A stretch of 64,000 nt of DNA from Schizochytrium sp. TIO01 (Eukaryota; Protista; Bigyra: Labyrinthulomycetes): NCBI GenBank assembly GCA_004764695.1, contig SMSO01000034.1, positions 2,790,001-2,854,000 of the forward strand, in the 5' to 3' direction. Shown one piece after another: positions 35,491 through 45,400 of the stretch. The position numbers and the translations under genes are program-made. Numbering within the stretch: position 1 is the first letter of the stretch; every line of letters starts with the position of its first letter. The notes beneath the pieces are model-generated. The model saw only the letters and a program-made list of their open reading frames with translations. It was not told the origin of the DNA and ran no database searches.

Positions 35491-38400
35491 ATGAACCTTG
35501 CAGCAAGCTTTGAGTATGCTCTACGTTCGCACGGCAACTCACCTGCCATTTTGCCCTGGAGGCAACCTGAAGAAAGAGATGCCTTCTTTATCGAACAAAC
35601 CCAAGGTGATACAGCAGTGCAGGAGGGCAAAGACACAAGCCCTAGCAGCATTTCCCATGCAGAGCTGGACGTCCAGACTACCCATCTTGCCTACAAGCTT
35701 GCACTCCTCGGCGTGAAGGCAGGGGATGTCGTTGCAACAACTGTTGAAGCCGAAGCTCTAGTATTTGTTTATTTAGCACTGTTAAAGGTTGGTGCAGTGT
35801 TTTGCCCTCTCTATGCATCTGATAAAACTTTAGAAGAAAAAGCTTTTGAGGTGCGTGCCGTTCTTGGCATCTACGCCTTTGAGGATCCGCCTGTTCATTT
35901 GACCCAAGACAAGACTAGGCAGAACGATGGTCAAAGTAATGAGAGCCTTACGCAATGGATCCCCTTTGAAGAGCTTATGGCAGCATCAAATCCACCTAAT
36001 GATAACATTGTTTTGGAAGGCTGTACTGTGAACCCTCAGTCACCTGTGCATATTATTTTCACGAGCGGGAGCTCCAGCGGACGGGGTAAAGCAGTGGTGT
36101 GTGACCATTTTGGATCACTTTACTCGCATGCTCATCGCAATAACATCTTAAAGCTCGATAAGCATAATGATGTCGTCGGATGTAGCTTGTTTGGAATCTG
36201 GGATGTGGCTGCAGCATTACTTGTTGGTGCACCGGTAGTTATGATTCCTTATGAGATCACACAATCCCCCGCACAATTGGCAAAGGTTATCGAGCGATCT
36301 GGAATTACACGTATCATGTTAACTCCAAGTTTGGCTAGCCAAGTATGCCCTCTGACATGTAACTCTGCACTTCGAGAAGTAACACTGTGTGGAGAACAAG
36401 TCAACGCAAGCCTTGTGAACACTATTCTACAAAGTTTAGGATCCCGAGGTCGCGTGTTAAATTTGTATAGCATATCAGAAGCCCATGACGTGGCGTTAGG
36501 GTGCTGGGATGCAAACACGGAGCTGTATGATGACCAACCTCTCCCATTGCAACTGTTTCCGCATGTAAATGTTCAAATTGACAATGAAGAGATCATTATA
36601 TTAGGTGAGCATGTTGCGAAGGGTTACCTGAGTGAATCTGATACGCTTGCTCATTCAAACATACAAGTTGGCCTTTCTGGGTCTTCATCAGCATTTGGCA
36701 TTGATCATTCCGGGCAGAGAAGGTATAAGACAGGAGACAAGGGCTACCTTACAGAAGAAGGTGCTTTAGTTGTCGAGGGAAGATTAAAGGATGCTCGTGA
36801 AGTCAAGGTGCGAGGTTATCGTGTGAGCTTACCCGATTATGAGACACAGCTGGTGGATGTACTCAATTTGCATAGTTGCGCAGTGTTATTTGACCAAGAT
36901 AAAAATGCTCTGTATGCCTTTATAGTTCCAGAACACGCGGCAAAGTGCAACAAGTCATTGGAGTTGACTGCGTTGGAGTGTCTCAAGCGCGAAAAGATTA
37001 CACCGCTTCCAAGTTGTTTAGTTTCTCTTGCAGCTCTGCCATGCAAGCCTGGGTCGGGCAAACTGGATACTCCTGTTTTGCAGTCTATTTTATATAAACG
37101 CATTCAATCTAAAGGAGACGAACAAGTGCTATCAAATATCGAGAAACAGGTGGTTTCGACGATAGCTAAAGTTTTGAATTGGGATGATGAAAGTGCGAGC
37201 CTGGACTCCTGCACTGACTTCTTTACAATTGGTGGCAGCTCATTGACTTATTTTGCCCTTCTCCAAAACCTAGAACACATTTTCAAGGTGCCCATCCCTG
37301 CTGAAGAAGTTCTCACGCTCAGCAGGGTAAAAGAGCTTGCTAGCTATATTGAGGTAAAGACAACTTTGAAGGCAAACTCAGGCCATACTCACCAAAGCGC
37401 CAGCCAAGATCAGGATGAAAAGAAAAAGGAGGTAGATGATAGACTTCGCTCGGAAATGATCCAGAGGCTCTTAAAAGATACAATGCTGGGGGATAACATC
37501 AACTTTCCAGGTCCATCAAGCACCCAAAGTCGTGTTGCATTGGTTACAGGTGCATGCGGCTTTATTGGTGCAGCAACGGTGGCGAAGCTTCTTGAAAGCG
37601 GTTGGGACAATGTTTATTGCCTGAGCCGTCGACGAATAGAAAGTAGTTCCGAGCTTTGGGCAATTCTTGAGAAGAAGCTTGAGAAACCACATCCTCAGGT
37701 GAAGCACCGTATCTTACATGAAGGCGCAGCAATACCTGTTCAAGCTTCACTGTCTCAATTGTCAAACATCGCACTGAGCTGGCAAAGTATTGGTATAGAC
37801 TGCATTGTTCATTTGGCTGCTCGTATTGATACATGTGCAAGCTATAATGCACTAGCAGATACGAACGTTATGGGTACAACTCATGTATTAGAACTTGCGA
37901 GCTCGCTAAGCCCTCACCCACGGATTGTGATAATGTCATCAAGCGCTGCACTACCGCCCCGCGGATCAGTATACGAAAAGAATCTTGGGGAAGGTGATAT
38001 GTGGCCTGCTAGTCTTCTTGACAAAGAAGCTACAGTAGGAAGCATTTGCACCAGAGATCTTTACCATGGGACTTACGAGGGTTATTCACAGACCAAATGG
38101 GTTTGCGAGCAGCTAGCTGCTCAAAGTTTACTCCGCGGGGCAGCGTGCCATGTAGTCCGCGCGTCTCAAGTCACTCCTTGCTCTCGCGAGCATGCCATAA
38201 GACTTGCACAGTTGTCTGAAAATTCTGATTCTGTTCATGCTTCTTTATTGTGCGACCTTCTTGCTGCATCAAGCTATGCTCCTGAATTACCCTCATCTGC
38301 AGCGATTTCGTTCGCACCAGTGAGCAAGGTGGCGGCAGTGATAGTAGCAGCTGCCAATTCCTCAATGAAGTATAACGAAGACTCTAAAGTTGTATCGCAT

Positions 38401-38790
38401 GCAGTATTAGCACCTGTGCCACTGGACACGTTACTTGCTCGCCTTGGGCCTCGTCCAAGGCTATCGCCTCATGAGTGGCTCTGCGATGCGCTAGATAAAC
38501 TTTTTTTAAACGACAAGGAGACTTATGGGGAAGCCAAGAGCAGATTGGCAATTGAGGAAGGAGCTTCAACGACACGGGAATATTGTAAAGTCAAGGGTGG
38601 AAGTCATGGAACATCCCCCAAAGAGGATCCAGACCACGCTAATTTGTCTTCTTCTCGCTTTGCTAATAGTCTGGCAAGACTGCCCCTTGGCGCGGAAGGG
38701 CTTTTGGGTGCTGCAGAGCGACCTTTGAGCAGTGATGCTTCCGGTGGCCTCGAGCATCTTCTTGCTTTGTGTGGCAGTGATGTAACGTAG
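35491..38790 (+). CDS. Monomodular NRPS-like carboxylate reductase (adenylation - thiolation - NAD(P)H thioester reductase)
   Basis: 1099 aa. A-domain motifs IIFTSGSSSGRGK, NLYSISE, YKTGD, VKVRGYRV, GSGKLD; carrier motif FFTIGGSSL (phosphopantetheine Ser); SDR reductase motifs VTGACGFIGA and YSQTK. Confidence 0.88.
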   Translation: MNLAASFEYALRSHGNSPAILPWRQPEERDAFFIEQTQGDTAVQEGKDTSPSSISHAELDVQTTHLAYKLALLGVKAGDVVATTVEAEALVFVYLALLKVGAVFCPLYASDKTLEEKAFEVRAVLGIYAFEDPPVHLTQDKTRQNDGQSNESLTQWIPFEELMAASNPPNDNIVLEGCTVNPQSPVHIIFTSGSSSGRGKAVVCDHFGSLYSHAHRNNILKLDKHNDVVGCSLFGIWDVAAALLVGAPVVMIPYEITQSPAQLAKVIERSGITRIMLTPSLASQVCPLTCNSALREVTLCGEQVNASLVNTILQSLGSRGRVLNLYSISEAHDVALGCWDANTELYDDQPLPLQLFPHVNVQIDNEEIIILGEHVAKGYLSESDTLAHSNIQVGLSGSSSAFGIDHSGQRRYKTGDKGYLTEEGALVVEGRLKDAREVKVRGYRVSLPDYETQLVDVLNLHSCAVLFDQDKNALYAFIVPEHAAKCNKSLELTALECLKREKITPLPSCLVSLAALPCKPGSGKLDTPVLQSILYKRIQSKGDEQVLSNIEKQVVSTIAKVLNWDDESASLDSCTDFFTIGGSSLTYFALLQNLEHIFKVPIPAEEVLTLSRVKELASYIEVKTTLKANSGHTHQSASQDQDEKKKEVDDRLRSEMIQRLLKDTMLGDNINFPGPSSTQSRVALVTGACGFIGAATVAKLLESGWDNVYCLSRRRIESSSELWAILEKKLEKPHPQVKHRILHEGAAIPVQASLSQLSNIALSWQSIGIDCIVHLAARIDTCASYNALADTNVMGTTHVLELASSLSPHPRIVIMSSSAALPPRGSVYEKNLGEGDMWPASLLDKEATVGSICTRDLYHGTYEGYSQTKWVCEQLAAQSLLRGAACHVVRASQVTPCSREHAIRLAQLSENSDSVHASLLCDLLAASSYAPELPSSAAISFAPVSKVAAVIVAAANSSMKYNEDSKVVSHAVLAPVPLDTLLARLGPRPRLSPHEWLCDALDKLFLNDKETYGEAKSRLAIEEGASTTREYCKVKGGSHGTSPKEDPDHANLSSSRFANSLARLPLGAEGLLGAAERPLSSDASGGLEHLLALCGSDVT

Positions 38791-40144
38791 TGCGCTGGGT
38801 TATTTTCTCTGGAATCCCAAACATATTGCACCTAAAATGTTGATTTTTGTGCTGCAACGCTTCTGAACTCCTGCTTATAAAATCTCTACTCTACCTCTGT
38901 TTTTTGTTTTTGTTTTTTGTTTTTCATATAAAGAGGACAGTGCCTTGTACTGTATAACCCTTGCAGATTCTTTTTCGGCTGGTTTACAGTGTTTCATACC
39001 ACGGGATTTTTGCTAGATGTCAAGATGCATTCCGGCACACGGGGTTAAAACCTTAATTACTACAGGCCTTTAAGTAATATATTGTTCTTTATGTACAAAT
39101 AGAAAGCTCTGAAATATCCGAAAGAATGTGAGAGCATTGAAGCGTTGGCTCATGCTATAATTTCAAAAGCTTTGATATTTTTGAGCGAACATTGCATAAC
39201 CGCAATACAAGAACATCTTTACAGCCTTGATTGAAGCGTGTCCCATCTATTTGCAATCAGCTAGGAAGACTTCAAAATCTCTTTGCGAGTTTCAAATTAA
39301 AAGTTCGAAAAGAAATCACCGTAGAAAGACTCAATCGGGCAACGAAAGGGCTTGCAAAGGTAATTTGCTCTTCCCGAGGCAAGTCCTCAAAGAGGTTTCG
39401 CTCAGGTGTTGCTCAGTAGCCTGGTGCCATAAAATGAATTTCAGCTCTGCGGATGAACGCGAAAGTTGATAAACTCCCTCGCAGCTCTCTTCGATGGTAG
39501 GGCTAAAGGATTGGAATTGGAATCACTCGTAATCCTCAAATAGCTTGAGAGAAGTCTTTCCGCAGGGATATTTTCTGAGTTGAGCAAAACAAAGGAGTTC
39601 TGACGAATCTATTTGTTTAGTTCCCCCACTACCAAAATCTCAATGCTTTGGCTTGAGCTTTTACTCAGGTGCAATATATTGATAGGAGTCAGAGGCCTCT
39701 GCCAAGTCAAAAGCGTGGATTTTATGCTAGGTCTTAATAACAACAGAGTTGTATAACACTCTGACTTTCTAATGCCCTATTAGTTCAGTTAGGCCACTAG
39801 AGTAACATCAGAAGTTAAATTACCAATAATAAAATGACAACTTACCCTCTTATCCATATATTGCATCAGCTCCACCGAAGGGTGCACAAAACACGGATTC
39901 TGTATCAACCCCAGTATGAAATCAAACCCCTTTGGCAAGAATATCTGATGACGAAGTTATAAATCATGATGTCAGAACATGATTCAGGGCATCTTAATCT
40001 TACTTATTCCAGAGCGAGTACGTACCACCTGGCAACTCACGAGCTAGTGCGTACCTACCTTGCTTGCTTGTTTGCTTGCTTGCTTTGTGCACAGTCTTCC
40101 CGGAAAGAATCCAGAGAAACGAACGCAGCGAAAAACACACTCGC

Positions 40145-40755
40145 TCACAGCTCCCTCGCAGACTTCCTTTTCTTCGTTGCTGCTCGATTGAGCAAACCCT
40201 CACGAGAATTATGCACCAAGCGAGAATAATTTATTGCACGAGTCCTAGGCAGCGAAGCATCAACCAACTTGAAGGAATGGAGCACACTCCAAAGATCTTG
40301 AAGACAGAGAGCGTCATCATCGAAGCCATCATGAGTGTGTTTTTTTAGGTATGATTCCTAAGTTTAAAGCGTCAAACCGTCTGAGTAGTACTTTAGAGGT
40401 CTATAGGATAGGATAGAATAGCAATAGAATAGTATAGAATGTAATTGCTGCGCAAATTCGTTCAACGCACGCTGCGAAATCCATTCGATTCGGACCTTTT
40501 CACGGTAGGCCCTCTGGTGCTGTTGCTCGTGCTGTTGCTGTTGGTGGTGTTGTTGATGATGGTGAGATTCACTCTGGCTCATGAAGGAATGAGAAGGTAA
40601 GAGCATAGCTACCTACGAGAATGATATATATATATATGATCAACATGACCATCATCGGAGATTTTTTTAATTGAAAACTTTCTGCAGAAATATATAGCCA
40701 AGCTAAATTCCAACAGACGGACATTAGCTCGCTGCTCGCAGTCTCGGTCTCCCAT
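40145..40755 (-). CDS. Candidate small spliced gene divergent from ALG11 (His/Gln-rich, unknown function)
   Basis: Possible exons 40755-40723, 40612-40496, 40357-40145 join in phase 0 via GTCCG donors and TAG acceptors to give about 120 aa. No homology recognised and the donors are weak. Confidence 0.25.
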
Positions 40756-40908
40756 GGCGGCGCTCTGGTCTGCGTCTGCGTAATCACCTCTCTCTGAGCT
40801 TTCACCTCTCTCTCTCTCCACCTCGACTCCTCGTCTTTGTCGTGGTCATCCTTGCAGATTCTAACTCAGCTTCTTGAACCGTTCTGCGTCGTTGATCTTC
40901 TTCTCGCT

Positions 40909-42408
40909 ATGGAGCTTCTCGCAACAATTGTCTCCCTCATACTGGCCGTCGAAGTCGTCTTCGGCCTCTTCGTCCTCGTTGTTTCTCTCAAAATCGCTCA
41001 CTTGCGTCTCCTCGCGAATCGTCGTCCTCCGCCCTCGTCTTCATCCCCATACACGCAAACGGTGGGCATCTTTCATCCGGAGTGCCACGCCGCTGGGGGA
41101 GGCGAGCGCGTTCTATGGTATGGTGTTCGTGCAATTCTTGAAAGCGACCCTCACTGCCGTATCGTCATTTTTGCTAAGCTCTCTTCCAGTGAAGAGCCTT
41201 CTGCCGTTCTCGAGCGCGCTTCGGTCCGCTTTGGCGTAAAAGGCCTTTTGGACTTTTTGCACCAAGGCCGCGTGACTTTCGTGCGCCTACGATGGGCAGG
41301 CCTGCTTGAGCCCGAGGCATACCCTCGGCTCACGCTTGTGGGCCAGAGTTTGGGAGCCATGGTCGTTGCCGCAGAAGCCCTTTGGAAGTTCGTTCCAGAT
41401 ATTTGGCTTGACACAGTTGGCCACGCATTCACGTATCCTGTTGCTTGGTCGTGTGGGTGCAGAGTGGCGTGCTACACGCACTACCCTACTGTCAGTACAG
41501 ATATGCTCGAACGTGTCTGGGCACGCAGACCTGCATACATTTCTGAGAACGCTGCAGGACCAGAGCCTAAGGGATCTTCATCTTCAACAACAGGAACAAA
41601 TACACCTTCTTCAGCCTCTGCGCGTGCAGTTGTGAACTCGCGGGCAAAATATGTGTACTATCGACTCTTCAGCTGGGCGTATCTGGCGGCAGGGCGGTTT
41701 GCAGAGGTTGTTATGGTGAATTCTACATGGACTCAAAATCATATTGAGCAGCTTTGGGGTCGCGAAGCTCTTGTAGTGTTCCCACCTTGTGCTATTGACG
41801 AGTTTCAAGCAGCGTGCAAGCCCAAACGAGAGCGTATCATTGCCAGTCTAGGCCAGTTCCGCCCAGAAAAAGACCATCGGCTGCAGATCCTTAGTCTTGT
41901 ACAACTGAAAGAGCGTCTCAAGGGTCGACTTGTCCCAAAATTGGTACTGTTTGGATCATGCAGAGGCTCTAGCGACGAGGCTCGAGTTGAGGAACTTCGG
42001 GAGTTTGCGAAGAAATACGAAGTTGACGAATTTGTGGAGTTTGCTCTTAACGTTCCCTTTGAAGAATTGAAGGATCGGCTGGGTGGAGCTTTACTGGGCA
42101 TTCACACGATGTGGAACGAGCACTTTGGTATCGCGCTGGTTGAAATTATGGCTGCTGGAAGTATCCTTGTCGCACATAACTCTGGTGGTCCCAAAACTGA
42201 CATTATCAAGCATCGTGAGACTGGATATCTTGCATCTACAGCAGAAGACTATGCTGATGCTATGCTTGAGGTTCTTGATATGCATGACAACGGTAAAGTC
42301 GAGGCTCTTGAGGCCATGCGTACTCGCGCTCAGGAGTCGCTTGACCGCTTCTCAGAACCATCATTTACCATCAAATGGAATGCCGCCATGAAAGCATTGC
42401 TGTGCTAA
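40909..42408 (+). CDS. ALG11: GDP-Man:Man3GlcNAc2-PP-Dol alpha-1,2-mannosyltransferase
   Basis: ATG at 40909 (499 aa). N-terminal TM segment, GIFHPECHAAGGGERVLW, YTHYPTVSTDML, MVNSTWT, QFRPEKDH, HTMWNEHFGI, HNSGGPKTDI. Confidence 0.96.
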   Translation: MELLATIVSLILAVEVVFGLFVLVVSLKIAHLRLLANRRPPPSSSSPYTQTVGIFHPECHAAGGGERVLWYGVRAILESDPHCRIVIFAKLSSSEEPSAVLERASVRFGVKGLLDFLHQGRVTFVRLRWAGLLEPEAYPRLTLVGQSLGAMVVAAEALWKFVPDIWLDTVGHAFTYPVAWSCGCRVACYTHYPTVSTDMLERVWARRPAYISENAAGPEPKGSSSSTTGTNTPSSASARAVVNSRAKYVYYRLFSWAYLAAGRFAEVVMVNSTWTQNHIEQLWGREALVVFPPCAIDEFQAACKPKRERIIASLGQFRPEKDHRLQILSLVQLKERLKGRLVPKLVLFGSCRGSSDEARVEELREFAKKYEVDEFVEFALNVPFEELKDRLGGALLGIHTMWNEHFGIALVEIMAAGSILVAHNSGGPKTDIIKHRETGYLASTAEDYADAMLEVLDMHDNGKVEALEAMRTRAQESLDRFSEPSFTIKWNAAMKALLC

Positions 42409-45400
42409 TTTAGATGGAATGCATGTAACGAAGCGGGGGCGTAGAATAGTTTTACTGTTTTAAGAGGGTAATTCGAGTTATCTTGGTACGGGACCCAAGA
42501 TAAATCACACAATTGAAAGTGTAGAAGAGTAGCAAATATTATATAGAGCTATTGCAGGCTCTATATGGTCTCTCTTTTTCATTCCTTCTTTGATCTGTCC
42601 TGCAGATCTTTTTCGATCAATCAAAAATGAAACCTCAATATGAGGAGTGTATCTGGTGAATGTAATGTATCTTGATTATAAGTATATTCTAGTGCTGCCA
42701 ACTTTCTTTGGATCAAGTGCTTCTTTGCACACGCTTTTAACTGTTGTTTTCTTTTCTTATTCAATTGTAGATCTCCCGCTTGGTATTTGTAGACATTTTG
42801 GTATTCTGGTAGCTCCTGCGCGAATGAAAAAGGGGCATAAACATGCGATTCTTGCTTTTACTAAACCTAACCAGAAGTTTCGCAAAACTAATTAGCGTAC
42901 AATAATGAAGCTCACTCCTTTACTTTTTCTCTTATATTTCTTTACAAAGAAGGAGTGCGTTAAAACTCAAACACTTAGCTCTCTTTATAGATAGGTGCCT
43001 GTAATTTGGCTTTCTCCAAAATATATTTTAAAGACTTTTTTGCAACCTCTGTTACTCGTTTACGTCGAAAATGTGGCGAATTACAGAGCGGGTTGTCTAG
43101 AAAGGTTAACTAAATCATGTAAACTTTGCTTCAACAAAACCAAGAGTGTTAAAACGCAAAACCTTTTAGAACGGGAGTGACCTATATATCAATCGCTTAC
43201 ATACATTTACACACATGTTGCTATTCTTATACCTATATTTAGCAGTAGAACGGCTAGGTCTTGTTCATATTTTATTTCCCTTTTGAAACTCAAGTAAATA
43301 CAACTCAATCAAAGAGGGGCGCGCGCGTGTACCCGATCAGATATCGATCCCCCTAACCAGGCAAAGAAAGAGTGACGAAAACCAAATCAAGATATTTCAC
43401 TCAGAAATTGTGTCATTGAGTTCCTTCACGGCAAAACAAGCTCTGAGGAAAAAAACAATAAAGAAGGTTGTAGGAGGTGAACCCAAGTTTGCAAGGCTTC
43501 AGCCACTCCTATGAGCTTGTTTGAAATTTACATTTTGTACATTCTTTAATTATACTTAAAATACTCCTTCATGCGTTTATCTTTAAAACATGTTGTGTAG
43601 GAATTTGGTGAGTTGAAGGGTGTCCTGCAATCTGTTTCGAGTGTAAATCTCAATCTCTACTCACTTTCTAAATTGAACCATCACATAGGTTACGAGAATT
43701 GGGAATACGAGGGGAGGGAGCAAATAAAGGATACAAGAAATAATATCTACTATTTATTCAAATATGGGATTTTACGAATTTCATTAAAGTGCAGTCAGTA
43801 ACTGTGCTGATCTTAGACAATAATCATGATTAATATTATTGCAACCAAGTATATGAATTCCGCTCTAACTTTACAACTAAAAAATTAAAATACGGCCATT
43901 CTCCCTTCGTTGGTCTTTCGGAAAGGGCAACAACAAATTCATTCAGAAAGATAAATATCATCGTTTTCTCTTTCTAAGTAGTTCAAAAACATGTAAACTC
44001 CCTAACTTTGGTAAGGCTCTTCTTGAACGTTGTAAATATTCTCTGGAAGCATCGGCACAACGCAAAATAATCTCCGTGACATGCGCGATGCGAAACATGT
44101 TTTCCCATAGTACTGCTCCTATACAACCAGTTCATTCGATTGCTGTACTGTTATTATTTTTTTTTCTCATCTTTTACTTAATATTTTGATACTGGTATTG
44201 GTGGTGCTTTGGTTGAGAACAAAAAATCAAAAAATGTGCAAGAGATAGTTGCGATAAGGCATAATGGATTAGGCTAACCTACAAATTAAAATTTACAAGT
44301 CCCAAATCTGGAGTGAACGAAGATTGCAAAAAGTTCATTTTATTTACAATGTTTTTATATTAAACATGGTGAATCAGTTCTTACCCTTTCGTTCAAGTTG
44401 AATTATTACAATAGTAAAGCTAAAAAGGCACGGACAATTGAACCTCCGCCCACATTTTATTTTTTTTCGAAACCTCCAAACAGTTATATTGTGCACTTCG
44501 CACAACTGTTTACACATTTCAATAAACAATAAAAATCCACCAAAAGGCTAGAGTGAAGGAAGGTGTCTGTTGTAATATCATCATGGTGCAGAACAAATTT
44601 TGACCCTGTGATTTATGGCAACTGTAACCACTGTTTTATGGGAAATGCTAATGCAGCACTTATATACTTGACTTTGAATTGGCTATGCTTTATTCGGTTA
44701 ATACAAAGAGGTTTTTAAAGTCAAATAGATTACCAAGTCTTCGAAAACGAATAAACAGCTATTCCATTTGGTTTTGGAGCTGATCTCTAATGGGGCGACG
44801 CTCGAGCACTGCCATGAAGCTAGAACACTGGGCTTAAGCACTGTCGGTTCTGACGGTTCTGACGGTTCTATACTACCAACTTAAGCGGGTGGAGGTCGGT
44901 CAAGGAACACCATCGTCGTTCTATGAAGGGCCTAAGCAGCCAGCGCGGAAAGCACAACTTTTTACTTGTAACAGGGAAACACGTGTTGTTCCTACTATTA
45001 AAGCTAGCCGATTCCCAGTAAGTTATCAAAACATTCCTCACGAACAATTTCCTTGAAAGGAGGCAATATCTAAGGGACCTTGGACACGAAACCAGGAAGG
45101 CCCCGTATTCAATGTGCTTGTAACCAATATAAAATGAGAGGTAGTCAAGGCTTCGTAAGCTTCATGACTTGACTTGAGAAACAGCTTAGATCAAATTGTT
45201 TATGGGCCATAATTGAATTCTTCATTTGGTGGCAGGTTTCAAGATAAGCAGCATTTCTCTGAGCATTTGAGTAAAGAAAATTCGCTGTGCATTGTCTCTA
45301 TATATTGGTATTCGTTGTACGAACCGAAAAAAAAAGGGCTTTATAAAGCAGGATTTGAAAATAAACCAAACACTATTAGTAACCAATTCGAAGTGAGGCT

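Noticed and set aside
35491-38790. Assignment as Lys2 alpha-aminoadipate reductase or as part of a biosynthetic gene cluster
   Set aside because: It lacks the Lys2 N-terminal extension and its A-domain motifs differ; the neighbours are housekeeping genes with no tailoring enzymes.
25195-40908. ORF-track starts at 25195, 32431 and 40837
   Set aside because: These are GTG/TTG codons; in a eukaryote the in-frame ATGs at 25222, 32449 and 40909 are the likely starts.
8188-42391. Numerous 60-190 aa ORFs overlapping the real genes (e.g. 10667-11197, 16795-17367, 18186-18641, 33263-33769)
   Set aside because: Antisense or off-frame shadows of GC-rich coding sequence with no motifs.
25222-42408. Five co-oriented genes with an endomembrane theme read as an operon-like cluster
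   Set aside because: The functions are only loosely related, each gene has its own intergenic region, and a run of five same-strand genes is not improbable.
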